DNA of 63,857 nucleotides, the filler included, from Hyphochytrium catenoides (Eukaryota; Protista; Hyphochytriomycota), in NCBI GenBank assembly GCA_900088475.1. It is 4 parts of 4 records of this genome, joined end to end, with 100 filler letters (N's around TTAATTAATTAA, not from the genome) between each part and the next. Parts side by side here need not be neighbours in the genome. Positions count along the whole stretch, not along the records: positions 1 to 26,932 come from FLMG01002185.1; 3 more parts are not named here. One strand, written 5' to 3'. The notes beneath the pieces were generated by a model. That model was not told the DNA's origin. It made no database searches and worked only from the letters and a program-made list of their open reading frames with translations. Position numbers and translations under genes: made by a program. The stretch's first letter is position 1; the number at the start of each line of letters is the position of its first letter. Below are positions 1 through 12,136 of this stretch, piece by piece.

Positions 1-3000
1 ATCTCGTAGAGATAGACCTCTTCAGAAGCATGGTACTTTATTAGGAGGCCTTTTTACTCGGCTTTACCAGGGGAGGCGGAAAGTCGAAGGGTCCTCTCTA
101 TCCGCCCACCCTTGTCATCACGCCGCTGGCCTGCCATGCCTTTGTAAGGAGGCTTTAGTGTACTGAATGTGTGTTTATTTACTCCTACACCGACCCATCC
201 TTTCTATCTCCTCCTTCTTCGTCTTTTAAAGCAGCTCTCGCCGCTGCTACAAAAGGCAGCGTCAAGTCGTCAATGCCAACCAGGGGTTTGCAGTCCAATA
301 CCATCGTAGCAGATAATTATCGTCGACCCCACGAAGAAGAACGGCAGCTAACTAATGAAGAAGAGAAGTGTGAAGCTTCGGATCATGTCGGTGCAGTGGT
401 GATCTTCTCGTAGTGGGTCATTGGCCTGAGGAAGGCATGAACGATACCCTGGCCATAGCATACAGGAGTAGCTTCAAGAGACTTCAGTAAAGGTTATTTT
501 CTTAGATCTAGATCAGGTTAGGGAGGAGACCCCTCATACTCAGGAGGAAGGCACTTCTACGCAGTTGTAGCACCAAACTCAAACTAGTTTTTTAGTTGAA
601 TTAGTCTACGCCGGTCGCTTTACTGATGGAGGCCCCACACGTGTATTACCTCATCTTCCCCGCCGCTGCCTTCTTCAAGTTCGTCAAGGGTATTGATGGC
701 AGCAGCAAAAGTACTGATGAGGAGGAATGCCCAGAAGATAAAGCTGTCACAGTCATTATGCAGCAGCAGAAGACGACATTGTCCTGATGGTGGCAGCTAT
801 AAGCACCACCATGGAGGGTCACCAGTGTCGCCTCACTCATTGGAGTTGACAACCTACTGAAGGACAACGGCAAGCTGCAGCCGATGATGATGTGCAGGAT
901 GATGATGCAGATGCTGATGGATGCTGACCGTCTCCGAGAGAGAAAATTATTATTGAGAAGGACACAGCCACGCTGATGCGCTGGAAGATATCCTAAGAAA
1001 GATACTAACTACCTACCGTTCCTAGTCCGACCACCATCGTGTGCCTCCTCCCCTCCACCCGCGCTGCACCTCGAGAAGGTCCCGTCACTCCCTCTCGGTC
1101 TCTCGTGATTATTTGATGGAGAGAGCCTAGCCATAAAGCATTGCCGGTACTACCTCTGTCTCTTTCGTCCCGCTCTGTCTCTTGCTTGTAACTACTCTGT
1201 CTCATCGACACTGCTCTTCTTTGCTGCTGGCTATGTATGACCTTGCTGTCCCACACCTCGGTACTACTAACAAGTAAATACCTGTAACAGTTAACATTCT
1301 GTCCATACCCCCGTATTATTACTCCGCCTCCTTACGCGTCTGGACAGATGCGAGTACAAATGGCCCAACCCTAGTAATACCAATTTGTGTGTATACTATC
1401 CATGGCTTAAAGTATTATTACTGACACCTTCATGTAAGGGTCGTAGTCTGGACGCAAATGACAGGGAAGAGCGCCATTCGCTCAGCCACCAAGGCGGCGA
1501 AGGATCAGAATCAATGAATTTGGAGAACTGGAATGAACGACTTAGGTGTTACGGATGATTCTCAGGTTGCCTAAGGTCATTATGCTAACCATATTGGCTC
1601 CTAGCGGTATACTTATGGGTAAACTGAGAATTTCCCAATCCTACCGCCATTGATCCAGGCGGACTAACGCCGGGCAAGCTGGCTCTCCCCTTGCTGTCGG
1701 CTCCGCTTGTCAAGATGCTGCTGCTGCTGCTGGGGCCTCCATTGCCGCGCTTCAAGCTTCGCAGAGGATGGACGGACAAAGGAGGGAAAAGAGACAGGAA
1801 GAAAGAGGATGAGGCGCGGCCGGAGAAAGAAGAGGCTGCTGCGTGGTGTGGACTAACAATATTATGTTTCCCACAACTGTAGTAGGAAGTCTAGCAGGTG
1901 GAGGAAAGCAGCCCCCTTTGTGTGCCTTCTTGTCACGTTCTGCTGACTTGCAAAGCTGGGAAAGGAATAATGGGACTCTGTAGCAGGAAGCAGACCGAAG
2001 ACGGTGCCAATGCTGACGAAGAAAGGACAGAGACGACTACGACAAAAGAAGCTCTTGTCTCAAGTAGGGATCGAAGATTGAGACATCCTCTTCCCGAGCA
2101 CCTATTCTTCACGAAGGATGTTTGCCAGCAGATTGCTAATCGATGGTTATAGCAGTTCATCGCTGTTCAACACTCCGGGCATCAACGGCATTGATAGCTT
2201 TTAGACACAGCTAACGAGTCATTCGTTCTCGCAAGTGTGGTGCACCATCTGGACCTCACACACCGTCTCCTATCGGCTGAGGTACTCATGGAAGGACAAC
2301 TATATAAGAGCTGATTGCTCCGTCTGTTTTACGTCGTCACTGAAGTGACCAGGAGAAGTCTTTGCTGCTGCCGTTGGCTGGAGCGGGCTACGAAGGACAG
2401 TAGTCGCGTCAGAATAATAAGTAAGAGCTTTCTCCGGTAGTCCCTACATCTCTGCTACCATGAAGGTTCCATGCGCAGCAAAGCCGCCAGTAATGGAGGA
2501 GATTTCACCTAGGACGCCAAGGAGGTCTAGAGCTGGTCTGTTCTTTCAGGAACTTCTGCACGCTGCGCCAGCATGTGTGAAAGTGTGCAAGAACTCAACC
2601 TTCTATAAGGTTGCCAATTCAGACCCGCCACGTCCCCCAACACCAAGGCCTCTCTCTCGGACCAAGAGTGGTCTTGTCGACGAGAGCACAGACCATTCCT
2701 CGCCGGTAATGGAAGATTGTCATCATTACGAGAGAAGTCCACGACCTCGCTCACGCAGCAGTTCTAGGCGGACCTCTTCATCATCACTTTCGTCTCGAAG
2801 AACTTCCTCATACGAAGGCCGATAACAGCCGGCTCTTAGCGGGTATCTAAGGCCCGCGGTCAATATGTAGGACTTTTGCTAGGACTTTTCAATAAGGCCA
2901 ACCCCAGGCCATGCGGCCATATTCTTTAAACTTCAAGTGTATTTGATGGTAGGTTTTATAAATAAAGTGACAGTGCGATGAGTATATGTTACTGGTGGAT

Positions 3001-4328
3001 ACATGTAGGGTAGCATTGTATGAGCAGGGGCTGAGGTTTGCTGGATCCCGACTAGCCTGCCTTTAGTATCGTTTGGCACCTTGCAGTTGGCCTTGCCCGC
3101 CAGCCATCATAGCGTCAAGCCTGTCACCAATGAGGTAGGGGTCTATTAATTCTATTCGTTACGGGTTCTATGTTAATTCTCAAGGAATGCAGGCTGAACT
3201 GCACCTCACCGGGCCGGGTGTGGCCACGTAGTCCAAACTGGCACTTCTGTTCGTTCTTCCTCTAAGGATGTTCGAATTCACTGCGATGACAATTGGATGT
3301 GGCCAAACTATTGAACAGCACCCATCTTTAAAAAATCTCTCGTGGATGTTATTGGTTGTGGCGCGATGATTCCAGTCGAATCACAAGGAGATTTGAAAGC
3401 TCCTCGGGCTCGTAGGGTCATACCAAGGGTCAAGGAGTGCATTATCTTAAGCCACAGAGCTATGGTGCGCCAAAGGACTTGCGCAGTTGCCTTTATCTTG
3501 CACCAATGCAGCCCTTTGAGGGACTCTGAAGGCTTGGTCGTTAGCGAAGACCCTATATGATGCCCTCAATCATGCCAGAACAATAATTTGCCTCTGTACC
3601 TTGCAGAGATATTAGATAGTGGTGGGAGAGCCGAGTCGCCGCCAGCAGCGGAACAGCCCGTTGCTAGTCTTAAACGCCTCTGCAGCGCATTGCGCCAGGA
3701 CAATATGTTTTGATAATGTGAGAACTCAGCAGCGGGCCCCACATAGATAGGTGAATGGCGACATGAACGAGGGTGGGCTCCGTTAGCGTTCTGCTCTCGC
3801 GCTCAATGTATGGACACTATTTTCACCCCTAGCACTTCTACCAGATACTCTCCTACTTGTGCTAGAGACAATAGACTCCTTCAACCCTTCTCCTCCTGAC
3901 GCTGACAACAGAGTCAAATTGTTCAACAACAAGGTTCAACACCTTCCCCGCTGTCGAACCCACCATAAAACCGCTTGATTATCTTTAGCGCCTTTCCTCC
4001 TACCAATGGTGATCAGGGCTTACATAATAGGGTAGGAAGATAAGGGCCGCTACTGCTGATGATCTCCGCCGAGCTGCATTGAAGCTTCCTTCCTTGGCTA
4101 TACTAATGCATTGTCCAGAGTCGGCTGGCAGCCTCTTCGTCGCCTTCTGCAGCCCACCAGCAAGCAGCAGCCGCCCCACCATCCAGCGGCTCCTGTAATG
4201 ATAAGAAAGGCTGAGATGAGATGAAGGGAAGAGACCAACATCATCCTTTGGTGTTTTTGGCACAACTACAACGCACATGCATGTTTCCTTGGGTGTTCTT
4301 CCTTGTTATTGCTTGTACACAACTATGG

Positions 4329-4395
4329 CCAATGACAGACGCCCTTTCGACTAAAGTTTGATTTCATTGGCTCGCTTTTAGGTAGTTCAGCCAAT
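4329..4395. promoter_or_regulatory. Cluster of three CCAAT boxes (putative NF-Y promoter)
   Basis: GGCCAATG (CCAAT 4329-33), ATTGG 4366-70 and AGCCAATCA (4391-95) within 70 bp. No gene could be confidently assigned to it. Confidence 0.35.
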
Positions 4396-5092
4396 CATAG
4401 ACAAATATAGTTTCAATCAAACCTTGACTGTGCTGAATCATTCGTAACGGACTCAATGCGTTTAGTTTCGGCCGAAAATAAGAAGCTTAAGACACCAAAT
4501 GCGTTTAGCTTTCTTATTCTCGGTGAGGTGACATCGATATCCTTTGATTCACAGATAGAAAGGCGTTTGGGATACAGATCCAGAGACGCCCAAATGACAT
4601 CTGAGAGGCTTCAAGCAGGAAAGATGGCAGATGATGCTATCGCCGTCTTCTTAGGACCCAATGATGAAGATCTGATGAGATGGAGGAGCAGAGAGCTTGG
4701 AATACGTTTGCTGACTAAAAGGTTTGAAAGTGCCCTCCTACAAGCTCCATACGTAGCAACAATGGCGAATGACAGTATGAGCAAGGCTGTTGTGGGCTGG
4801 TGATTGAAAGGCGATTACGATTGACGCAACTATGAGGCACATCTGTTGTTCATAGGTTACCGGAAGGCAGTCATGATTGAGGGACGAGGCAGAGACGTCG
4901 GTGATTGGAAGGAATACTCTTGCCGCTTTCAGTAGAGGTATGTCCAGACAGAGAGGCCCAAAGATAGATAAGGCGCGTGTTGCTAGCAGGAGCTTTACGA
5001 CCGGCATCGCTCGCGCATGGTCATTGAGCGATATCGCTGCTCTGCTCTCTTTTTTTTAGAAGAAAAGAAGGTGGAAGCCTTCTTTCATTCGC

Positions 5093-8000
5093 TTACTCCG
5101 AGTCATCGATCACAAGCATGGCCTCATCACTCCTATCTTTCTGCTGTATGCCAAAGGTCAAAACGAACAACCTCAACGTCAGACGTTGTGAGTATCGGAA
5201 GGGCAGTAATGAGGGCTAGTGATTACCTTCTGGTGCTCCCTTCGAGCCTTCTTCGCGGTTTCCTCGACTGCAAGATGCTCTCTAGCGCGTTTCCTATGAT
5301 GCAGCATACAGTCATTTACTGTTTGCCAACCATTGAACCCTAGTGGATCTGACCTCTTCTCTGCATCGACTATGACAACCAGGTCACTATCCTCTCCTTC
5401 TAACTCTACCTCAGCCTCCTGCTGCGTTGAGGCTGTTCTGCTTAGCGAGCAGGGAACATCGTCAAAGGTCAGAGCGAAATCCACCTAGGGAAGAGTACTG
5501 GCTCCTTACTTTGCAGCTACGGCCTGCGTGCTCGATCTACTAGTTTCAGCCTTGTCTCCTACCATTCGATAGCCCTCGGGGTAGTCGTCCTCATCAAGTG
5601 AATCGCTGAAGACAGCGCACAAGGGAGAGGGTCATGGTCTTTAGACAACACACGTCCGCAGTATCCTGGCAGCCTCATTACCTATGGACAATGAGTAGAC
5701 TTGAGCTAAAGTCCTGCTGAAAGTCCTCTACCGACACTGTGGCTCCATGCTTTATGCCGCCCGCTGGAAGCTCCTGAGTGATAAGAAACGAAGACATCAG
5801 CCAAAGCGACAGAGACAAGTAAGGTGACCGATGGTTACCTTCAATGTCTTCTCAAGGTTGGAACGGAGCATCTCATCCGCATCTTCACCTTCTTCATAGA
5901 CGCAGCTGTCCCCTATCATAACACTGAAATCTCAACTATCAGCACGGCCCGCCCGGACCAACCGCAACCCTAGCATAGAAGGTCTCCACCTGGGCTCATT
6001 CATGCCTAATCTTTTCTTCAGAATGACATCAACAAAGGTCCCAAGGGTCATGGTAGTGGTGTTGAGGTGCAGCTCCAGCTATTACAAAAAGGTATTAGCA
6101 AACAATACAAGCTTCATTCCGACCTTGGAAACGACACTTAAAGGGAGGGATATCCTCCTAGAAGGTGAAGGTACCTGACTAGTAGAGCAGACGTAGCACT
6201 TTGGATTCGGTGGTGACAGCTTCACTGGATTTAAAAGGACCCCCTGGGAGAGAGCAAAAGAACGGACTTCTTAACTTCAGAGCTTCCCTGAGCATAAGGA
6301 AGGTAAGTGTGCCTTACTCTGCCATCCCATACACGTGAAACATAGGTATAGCGACACTTGTCTTTGACTGCATCTGGATTTTTGAGAATCTTGATAGCCT
6401 CGAGTACCTGATGGGCCCGAAAATCAGGCGTATAGGAGGTAAGGAGTTTAGGGTCTTGTTTCATTAGTCAGACAGACCTCAAATCCTGCAGCGATGGCGT
6501 TGGTGGTGGCCAGCGCAGGAATGATGTTGCCTGCAATTCCTTTCGCATCGTAAAGACTCTGCGGGACGACACACAGGTATGAGGATTGTCCTACACCAAA
6601 CATCGCACAAGGGAGCGGTTGTACCTGTAAGGGTATGTGGAAGATATGGGATCTCAGGTTGGACGCCGCAGTGACAAACTCCATGGCCAAGTCATCATCC
6701 TTGTCAAAGGTGTAGTCACCTGCGAGCTTCCTAGAGGAGAAGGTTTAGTACCGGGCAGCTTGCCCGTCAACATGGTAAAAGCCCAACTCGCCTCGTATCC
6801 TCGGACTGCCAGAAGCGAACGATAGTATCCATAAACTTCTCCGCATTCTCTGCTAGACTCCATACCCTCTGCGCAGGCAGCGTGGCCGTGGACTTTGACT
6901 TAGGGCTACTCGGATCGCCCTACGCAATACAGTACCAGATACGGGCGTGAGACGTGTCATCCCCAGCCATGAAGGATAGCTTCAAGAGCCCTTTCTGAGG
7001 TGTTACCTTCTTCTGTGCTCTGATCTGTGCCAGATTAAGCGGGTTCGGCTTCTTAGACGCGGCCTATTATCAGCAAGGAAATGATAGGGTAAATAAACCA
7101 CAGCCAACGTTATGTTGAAACCTCAAAGTTGCCAAAAAAGTGAGCATACAAGCACAGACCTTGTATAAGTTCATTGACAGCTTCTTATTTATTTCAGCCT
7201 CAAAAAGGCCAGTGAATACCCCCTCAGCATACTTTTTCAGCGTCTCTTTGTCATGCTTTTTGGGCCGTTGAACCTAGACATGGAGACACCGCTGCTTAAT
7301 CGACATGTGACATTATTGGCACGACAACTTGACTGTTTTCATCTCACCAAGTGCATAAAGACAGACTTCTCTTCGCTGTTTGGTGCCTCCCAGATCATGC
7401 TGTCTTCCATCTTTCCAAAAAGGAGCTTCAAACACTCTTTGGCCCAAACAATGCAATGAACAGGCTTCTCCGGTGTGCTGGCGATGGCAAAGGAGGATCA
7501 GATCATCTTCTTCCTGTTCAGTGTAGCATTGTGCGGGCCTTCTATAAGCTTATTAGTCTTACCTTCTGATAGTGCAGATGGGAAAGACCTTGGGCCGCAC
7601 TTTCTCGGTACATTCGTAGCACTCTGTTTCCCCTTTCTTGATGACCGTCACCTTATAACGAAGCAGGGAAGCCGCAGTAGTGAATGGCCCATGTAGCGGT
7701 AACAATGGCATTGGCTGTCGTTACCTGGCCCAGATATCCGGTAGTTCCACTTTCAATCAACGGCACACTGGCACTCAGACAAAGACGATTCACATGCCTT
7801 CAGAACAAAAAGCACGCAAACCTTAAATACCACTCGTACACGTCTGTGGCCAGTCTAGCTGAGTGCTCACCTTCGGGCGTCAATGTTGTCCAAGGCGTTC
7901 ATGACGACGTCGAAGCCTCTGAAGTAGTCCACACCGAATTGACTATAAGAGGCAGGCCCAGTTTGGGATGCGAAGCGAGGGTTTAGATGGAAACGACGAA

Positions 8001-8771
8001 GGTAAGGAAAAGGGTCGCAAACTTAGGTAGGCACCTGGACTTAATATTAGCATGGTGAGCCTTGATCAGCACATCTTTATTGAAGGAGAGTACGGCCTCT
8101 CGAGCTACCTGAAGCCAGGATTGAGGTGAGAGCATACATCAGAGCAGACACAAGTCCATAATGACGAGGTGTGGAGACGCAGAAAGCACTGGACCATGGG
8201 CCTAGGCAGAAGGACTTCAAAAGCGTGATGGAGGTCTAACTATACTGACCTGTGCCTTGGACTTGCCCACATGGTGAGGTCGAAACAAGAATTGACGGTT
8301 CAGGTTAGAGACGTCAATGGTGTCAAGATCAATAACCTGTTCCCAGCAGCAAGTGGGAGTTAGGCATGGTAACAGCCAGAAGCAAATTGGCCGACCCTAC
8401 CTCAATGTTTCTAAACCCAGATAGCGCTAGATGTTTCAAAAGCTCGCAGCCTTCGAGGTAGAACAACCACGATAAGAGAAAGGTCAGAACTAAACGAGCG
8501 CTACCGAGATGCATGGCAAATTTACTGGCAGACTTCATGGTACTATTGGCCCAACCTGTCCCTACTTTGGTCGGACCAAGAGGAAGGGCAACCTTTTGAC
8601 ACTTACCGATACCGCCTGCACCCACCACTAAGATTTTAGCTTCCTGTATCTTGCTGAAGAGCTCCTCACCCTGTTGACAGAGACCCCTTAATGTTTAACA
8701 GCTTGGGCGAGCGCTGTCCTCGATACTCTTACATAGGTCTGACGAAGATATAGATTTCTGTCGGCCACCAT
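5093..8771 (-). CDS. UBA2: SUMO-activating enzyme E1 subunit 2 (UBA2/SAE2), many short GT-AG introns; internal exon boundaries approximate
   Basis: Hand-spliced exons read [13 protein letters not shown]|[22 protein letters not shown]|[12 protein letters not shown]..|[24 protein letters not shown], then ALDNIDAR|[33 protein letters not shown] carries the catalytic Cys, followed by [38 protein letters not shown] and [10 protein letters not shown]. The C-terminus has a basic NLS-like KRAR..KKARR and a SIM-like MLVIDDSE, ending at TAA 5095-5093. Confidence 0.95.
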
Positions 8772-11600
8772 TTTTGGTGCCCTGCCCTGTAGGTAACGTG
8801 CGATGGCGCAACCCTGAGCCGTAAGTTCTTCAGCGTTACTCTTCCAATGGTGGCGCTTCGCAAGGACGAATGAGCTGATCAGAGCTCCGTCCAATCTTCC
8901 TGAGAGGCGATGCACCGAAGCTTCAGAAAGCATTACTGTACCGCAGATTTGCCCGCGTAATTTTGGGTTTTGGCGGGTGCACTTTCGAGCGGATGAAGAC
9001 CGCTAACCGACAACAAACATCCCTGTTCTTCGTGGATTAGAGCTATTAGAGCCCACTGCTATAATCCTAACAACGACTACGCACAGGGACAGGCCGTCGA
9101 TATCTTCGGTAATGATGATAGCTTGATGGATGATGATGGATCAGTACTACTACTACTTACAAGCCCATGGCTTGATGACCATGTGAAGAAGCGCTGATGG
9201 CGCGGGGTGGCGCGGGCCTCTGTCTTCTTGGCCGTGATTGTTATGCTGCGCTCGCGTTCTGCCGTTTCTTCTCCGCTATCTTCAGTTGCGGGCTTCTCCC
9301 CCATACTTTTGTCAGGAGGAGGAGCAATAATAATAAATGATGATATCTGTAGAAGTATGGCATCATCTGGCTCTGTCTTGTTAGGGTTTTCTTTATGAGT
9401 ATTCATTATAGCACCAGCCACGTGACAAGAGAGCAATGCCTTGTCATGCTCTTTATCTGCGTGGTATGTGGCCTGTTCTCCGGCAGGTGCAGCGAAATCA
9501 CGCTTTCCTTGTACTATTCCTATTCTTCTTGATGAGGCTGATGTGGGCGGGGTCCATGAGGCTCTAACACTAGAAGTTGGATCGCTTCTGCCGAAGACGA
9601 AGTATGAAGCCCCGTTGGAGCTCCAGCCTTTCCCTCGTAAGAGTCCATTATCGACCATCCTTTTACTCATTCTCAACAAGCTACCATAGTCATTGCTCAT
9701 CCTCCGGCTGACACAATAAACGGGATGTGGCGATATTATCGTCAGTAGTCGTTCCTTTCTCCGACACCAAAACAGCAGGAAAGCTACTATACTTATTGTG
9801 TCTATACGTGGACAGTGCCCGGGCTAGAGGGAATTGTCCGTGCTAACGGGGTATCCGGGAGGCAGCAAAAAAATAGTGGTGATCGATATAATTATAAATA
9901 AAAGAGAAACAAGAAGAAACAACATCTGGAAAGCAGTAGTCAGACGCTTACTGTCTCTCATACAATATCACCGAGTACTGCCGGCGATCGCGCACAGCTT
10001 CACTAGTCCGAAGAAGGCCGCACCCTGCAGATGTCGTGTGTATGAAGAAGGGAGAAGTGGCTTTGACAAATTATTGAGGCTCACCGAAGATGTCAGAAGC
10101 TTGTACAAGATGGTTCAAAAAAGTGATGAAAGACTTCGGGCGAGGTCATGCGAGGCGAGGTCATGCCAAGGTCATCTGCACTGTTATCAACCGCCTCAAT
10201 GGAGCTCTCGCCAGTCATCTTCGTCTCGAACTGTTCGCCTAAAGTTGGTCTTTCCATGTCCTTCTCAGCAACCCTAGATTTTGCTAGGAAGACCTATTTC
10301 ACCCACCTGGCAAAAAGGCTTCCTGCTGGACGATATTGTTGGTGGTGCTGAGCTACCTACTACTGCTCTTTAGGTATATGATGGCAGGCACTGAACTCGT
10401 CAGCTCTTGATTTAAGTTGGGGAAAGACCACGGTGTAGATGGTCTCTCCCTCCAAAAATTGGGAGAGTGAGCTGGGCTTCCATGGTAACAGTTTGTCTTT
10501 GAGACGCCAGCCTTATCAGAGACATCTTTAACGCCGCCTGATGATGACGATGAGAGTGGTGATGAGCCGGCGCAAGTAGCACTATCCTTAACCAAGGGTG
10601 GCAACAATCCGCAGAGGGGTAATGAGAAGAAGATCCTTGCCTGCTCGCTACCGCGCTAGTACGCCAATGATGTGGCACAAAAAGGCGCCATCACCAGCAC
10701 CACTCCTCTCACCGGCCACTAGCAGCAAAACAGGAGGTCGAGCGAGGAGCAGCGGCACGTCTTAGCTACTACTCATGCTTGCAAGCCCAGAAAAAAGATT
10801 ACGTGCTGACCGATGATTTTTTCTGTTAGCTACCACTACTATAACTACGAAGGAGTAAGAAAAGAAGAAGAAGAGGAAGAAGGAGGGGAAGAAGAAGGAG
10901 AAGAAGAAGAGGAAGAGCGGAGGAGAGGAAAAAGAAGAAGAGAGTCGATAAAAACTATAAAGCCTTCTTGGTCTCGTCTCTTTTTCTCTCAAAGCTCAAT
11001 ATCTTGTCGCGTACGACCTAAGCCTTCTGACCAGCAGCAACAAGCACCACTCTGTGACGGTCACTTCATCATCCATTCATCCCCCCCTATATCACGACAC
11101 ATCTATTGCAGAGATATTCAAAGCAGGAGTAAAAAAGTGATAAGGAGAGTCACGACAGGAGGAGTTGTCTGGCCAGGGGAAAGTGCGCTTCATCGATCTT
11201 CACATGGTAACAAGTGTAGGAAGGGTATTGACGCCGCGCTGCAGTCCAAACAAGACTATGAGTAAGGAGGGTCGCTCTGCAAGCAACAGCGACTAACTAG
11301 CGATGCGTGGCAACATACAAGCATGATGGCGAGGAGCAAGGACTGAGGATAGCAGCTGCCGTAGCCGCTGCATGTTCTTATGAAGAGGATGGTGACAATT
11401 ATAAATCAACAATGTGGTGGAAGACGACAGACTAAGGCGCAAGAGGGTGATGGGAAGATAGTCCAAAGCCATCATACATAACACTCTTCTGTCGCTGTTT
11501 CCCCGCTCTTTGTCCGTCCCCTCCTCTCTTTATCAGCGCAGCGAGTGCTACTTGCCGAGATAGACGATGCACCTATGTACCTACAAAGTGGTCCCCTCCT

Positions 11601-12136
11601 TCAACCCCCTCCGTTTACTGCTTCCAGTCCTTCCAGTCCCCTCAATCCTTTAGTCTCGCCCTCCGAGAGGTGATGGTGCCACGGTGGCACATGCTTTACG
11701 GCTTTTACATTTTCATTTTTGGCGCGGTCTCGATCTTTCTCCAAAGGTCTGGGCCCTCCTTTCTTGAGGACTAGAAGCCGACATTCCTCTTCCGTACTGA
11801 ATGACAAGGATTTCCGATCGTTCATTCTATCTCTCGACCCTCCGTCAAGCAACAGTGTGGACCCTGCCAGGCAGGTCGCCATAGATTGTAACTCTCCCAC
11901 GTAAGCGCTTCTTCCTTCTTCTCTGCGCCTCCTATAAAGCTGGATGTCTCCCACCCCATCAGTTCAGTTGTTGACCTGTGACCTGTGACACCATTGATAC
12001 TACGCTCGTTATAAAACGTTGCCACCGATAGGAAGACCTGAGACAGGGTGGTTCTGAAGCTTCCTGCCGCCTTCAAGGTATCAACAATGTACAAAAGATA
12101 TTCTAAGGGTTGCGTCTCATCACCAGTCAGTGCCAT
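11601..12136 (-). pseudogene. Possible frameshifted relic of a DIRS/Ngaro-like tyrosine recombinase (N-terminal part)
   Basis: YLLYIVDTLKAAGSFRTTLSQVFLSVATFYNERSINGVTGHRSTTELMG resembles the helical core-binding segment of YR-retroelement recombinases and continues by frameshift into IQLYRRRREEGRSAYVGELQSMATCL. No catalytic R-H-R-Y tetrad was found. Confidence 0.2.

Noticed and set aside
4456-5343. Plus-strand gene overlapping the UBA2 3' end
   Set aside because: No consistent splice path joins ORFs 4456, 4877 and 5017 without early stops, and no family was recognised.
10140-10176. Three AGGTCAT repeats as a regulatory array or CRISPR-like repeat
   Set aside because: A short slippage duplication with no spacers in a eukaryotic context; no CRISPR arrays or cas genes were seen in the window.
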